DNA of 64,000 bases, taken from NCBI GenBank assembly GCA_049852185.1, contig CP187540.1. One strand, 5' to 3'. This document shows, piece after piece, positions 62,036 through 64,000 of the stretch (within the stretch, counting starts at the first letter, position 1; each line of letters opens with the position of its first letter). Under the pieces are notes generated by a model. That model saw only the letters and a list, made by a program, of their open reading frames with translations, did no database searches and was not told the DNA's origin. This DNA comes from Methanocaldococcus sp. 28A. GTDB taxonomy: Archaea > AGJL01 > Methanococci > Methanococcales > Methanocaldococcaceae. A program made the translations under genes and the position numbers.

Positions 62036-62093
62036 GTAATGAAAATCTATAAATGTCTAATCTGTTTATGAAAAATTAATCTGTTTCAAACGG
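62036..62093 (-). mobile_element. Solo IS607-like left end
   Basis: GTAATGAAAATCTATAAATGTCTA..TATGAAAAATTAA..GTTT..AAACGG, closely matching 17986-18043. Similarity stops at the CGG. Confidence 0.6.
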
Positions 62094-62263
62094 AATTTAA
62101 ATAATGTAATAACTACAGGTATCGTTAAGAAGGAAAAAATTGAAAGAGAACATTTCTTTAAAATTAAAAATCCTAAAAATATTGTTAAATAATAATCTAC
62201 AGAGAGAAAAGTCTAAAAATTATTTCAAGATGATTTACCTTCGTAGTTATATTGGGGATTTTT

Positions 62264-63265
62264 ATGGATTTATATGCAATAGTTGAACAAATAGTAATGA
62301 ATTATGGATACTTAGGAATATTCATAGTATCATTTACAGAGGCGTTTATACAGCCAATTCCACCGGATGTATTTATAATAGGAGCATCTTATTTTGGTTT
62401 GAATCCAATAATTTCTGCGATAGTTGCTACCATTGGTTCAACCTTAGGAGGATTGTTTGGCTATTTTTTGGGGGATAGATTGGGGCATCCAATATTTATA
62501 AAACTTTTTGGGGAGAAATATCTATATAAAGGAGAGAAGTTTTTTAACAAGTATGGTGTTTTTGGAGTAATTATAGCAGGTATCTCTCCATTACCCTATA
62601 AAGTTATTGCATGGCTTTCAGGAATTTTTGAAATGCATAGGCTATTATTTACAATTGGGACAATAATTGGAAGATTACCAAGATTTTTAGCTGTAGCTTA
62701 TTTTGGAGATATTTTAGGAAATGTAAATAAATTGTATGAGTTTAATATTTGGCTATTTTATTTAATAAACTCTCACTACAATTCTATCCTTGATACAATT
62801 ATGATATTAATCTCTAAAACTGTATATCCAATAATTGCCATTTCAATTCTAATAATCTTAATAAAAAATAGAAAATTTGGTATAAAACTAATTTTTGTTT
62901 TATTTTTAGCTACCGTGATTGCATTCTCTTTAAAATATTTAATAAATGAACCAAGGCCTTATTTGGTTTTAGGGAATGTCCATTTGTTGTGCTACGAAGG
63001 ATATGAATCAAGTTTTCCAAGTGGGCATACTACTTTAGCATTTACATTAGCAACATCTTTCTTATATTACTCAAGAAAAATAGGATTATTGTTTTTAATT
63101 TGGGCAATTCTTGTAGCTTATAGCAGAGTTTATGTAGGGGTGCATTATCCTTTTGATATTATTGCAGGCATGATTATTGGAGTCCTTTGCGGATTCCTAA
63201 TAAAAATTGATAAATCTAAAGTAAGAAAATTCATAAATAAGCTAAGGTTAAAAATTAAGCTTTAG
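62264..63265 (+). CDS. DedA/VTT - PAP2 phosphatase fusion membrane protein
   Basis: N-terminal [10 protein letters not shown]; C-terminal [27 protein letters not shown]. Confidence 0.9.
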   Translation: MDLYAIVEQIVMNYGYLGIFIVSFTEAFIQPIPPDVFIIGASYFGLNPIISAIVATIGSTLGGLFGYFLGDRLGHPIFIKLFGEKYLYKGEKFFNKYGVFGVIIAGISPLPYKVIAWLSGIFEMHRLLFTIGTIIGRLPRFLAVAYFGDILGNVNKLYEFNIWLFYLINSHYNSILDTIMILISKTVYPIIAISILIILIKNRKFGIKLIFVLFLATVIAFSLKYLINEPRPYLVLGNVHLLCYEGYESSFPSGHTTLAFTLATSFLYYSRKIGLLFLIWAILVAYSRVYVGVHYPFDIIAGMIIGVLCGFLIKIDKSKVRKFINKLRLKIKL

Positions 63266-63271
63266 AAATAT

Positions 63272-63362
63272 TATAGTTGTGTGCAAAATGAAATCAACTT
63301 TTATAAGGACAATTTGAATGCCTTCCTTAAAGAAGGCATTCACTAATTCCTTATTTTAATAG
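63272..63362. repeat. MITE family B, one TIR lost
   Basis: TATAGTTGTGTGCAAAA plus a body matching the reverse complement of 29810-29896. Confidence 0.8.
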
Positions 63363-63494
63363 AAATTTCTTCGTAGATTTATATTTTTATAATGGCACTA
63401 TTATTTACAATTTTCTGTTTAAATTTTCTAATAACACTAATTAAAAAAGTTAATAACAAAGAATAAAAAAGAAAATAAAATCTATATCTCAAAT

Positions 63495-63950
63495 TTATTT
63501 CTCCAACAAATTAGCAATTCTATCTAAATTCTCTGAGATTTTAATTAATATCTCACTTTGTTTATCGATTTTAACATTCAACTCTTCTAATGAACCAAAG
63601 ATTAATTTTATATACTTAACACCCTCATCCAACTTTTTATTTAACTCTAACAAATCATCTGCTGATATTCTATTAATCCCATCTGGAAACTCAATGTATG
63701 TATTTAGTTCTCTCTCTTCAATCCTTTCTATTTTTATAAGGTTATCAACCTCTTCTAATTCTTTAATTAATTCTTTAAACAATCTTTTTTTTCTTTCTGA
63801 ATCAAAGTTTGCTAAAATTCTAACAGTCCCATCTTTGTAGTTATAAATAATTCCATTAATGCCTAAGCCCCTACCTATGTGTTCAATCCTATCTATAAAT
63901 CCAACATGTTGAACCTTCCCATAAATGATTATCTCATAAGTCGTTGCCAT
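63495..63950 (-). CDS. Acylphosphatase-domain protein with C-terminal coiled coil
   Basis: [17 protein letters not shown]; heptad-repeat tail. Confidence 0.8.
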   Translation of the reverse strand: MATTYEIIIYGKVQHVGFIDRIEHIGRGLGINGIIYNYKDGTVRILANFDSERKKRLFKELIKELEEVDNLIKIERIEERELNTYIEFPDGINRISADDLLELNKKLDEGVKYIKLIFGSLEELNVKIDKQSEILIKISENLDRIANLLEK

Positions 63951-64000
63951 AACAATCACCACAAATTATACTATAATCTAAATATCCATAATTTGGTTCT

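Overview
This is an AT-rich archaeal chromosome segment whose gene content and order point to a hyperthermophilic methanogen of the Methanocaldococcus type. The housekeeping backbone includes top6B, rsmA/ksgA, coaD, corA, srp19, mtd, smc, methanogen-type serS, trpE, RIO2, asd, purF, purM and hypC. It also holds the rps13-rps4-rps11-rpoD-rpl18e-rpl13-rps9-rpoN-tRNAPro-rpoK cluster with tRNA-Ser, argJ, the A1AO ATP synthase operon (H-I-K-E-C-F-A-B) and a MoxR/DUF58 gene block. Between these lie an orphan CRISPR array (7 intact plus 1 degenerate 30-bp repeat, no cas genes), decayed IS701-like and ISH3-like elements, three families of short palindromic MITE-like repeats and a decayed modAB locus. 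The strongest unexplained signal is three GC-rich, protein-free mini-elements at 14319-14650, 17503-17759 and 17758-18043. Each appears to be an IS605- or IS607-type left end with a TATA box, fused directly to the 3' remnant of a tnpB gene (the omegaRNA-scaffold region) and a right end. I interpret them as stand-alone guide-RNA cassettes with no tnpB in cis. Two are joined tail-to-tail on a shared CG, so each predicted guide is the antisense of the other's end. All calls come from reading the sequence and recalled family motifs; no database searches or folding programs were run.
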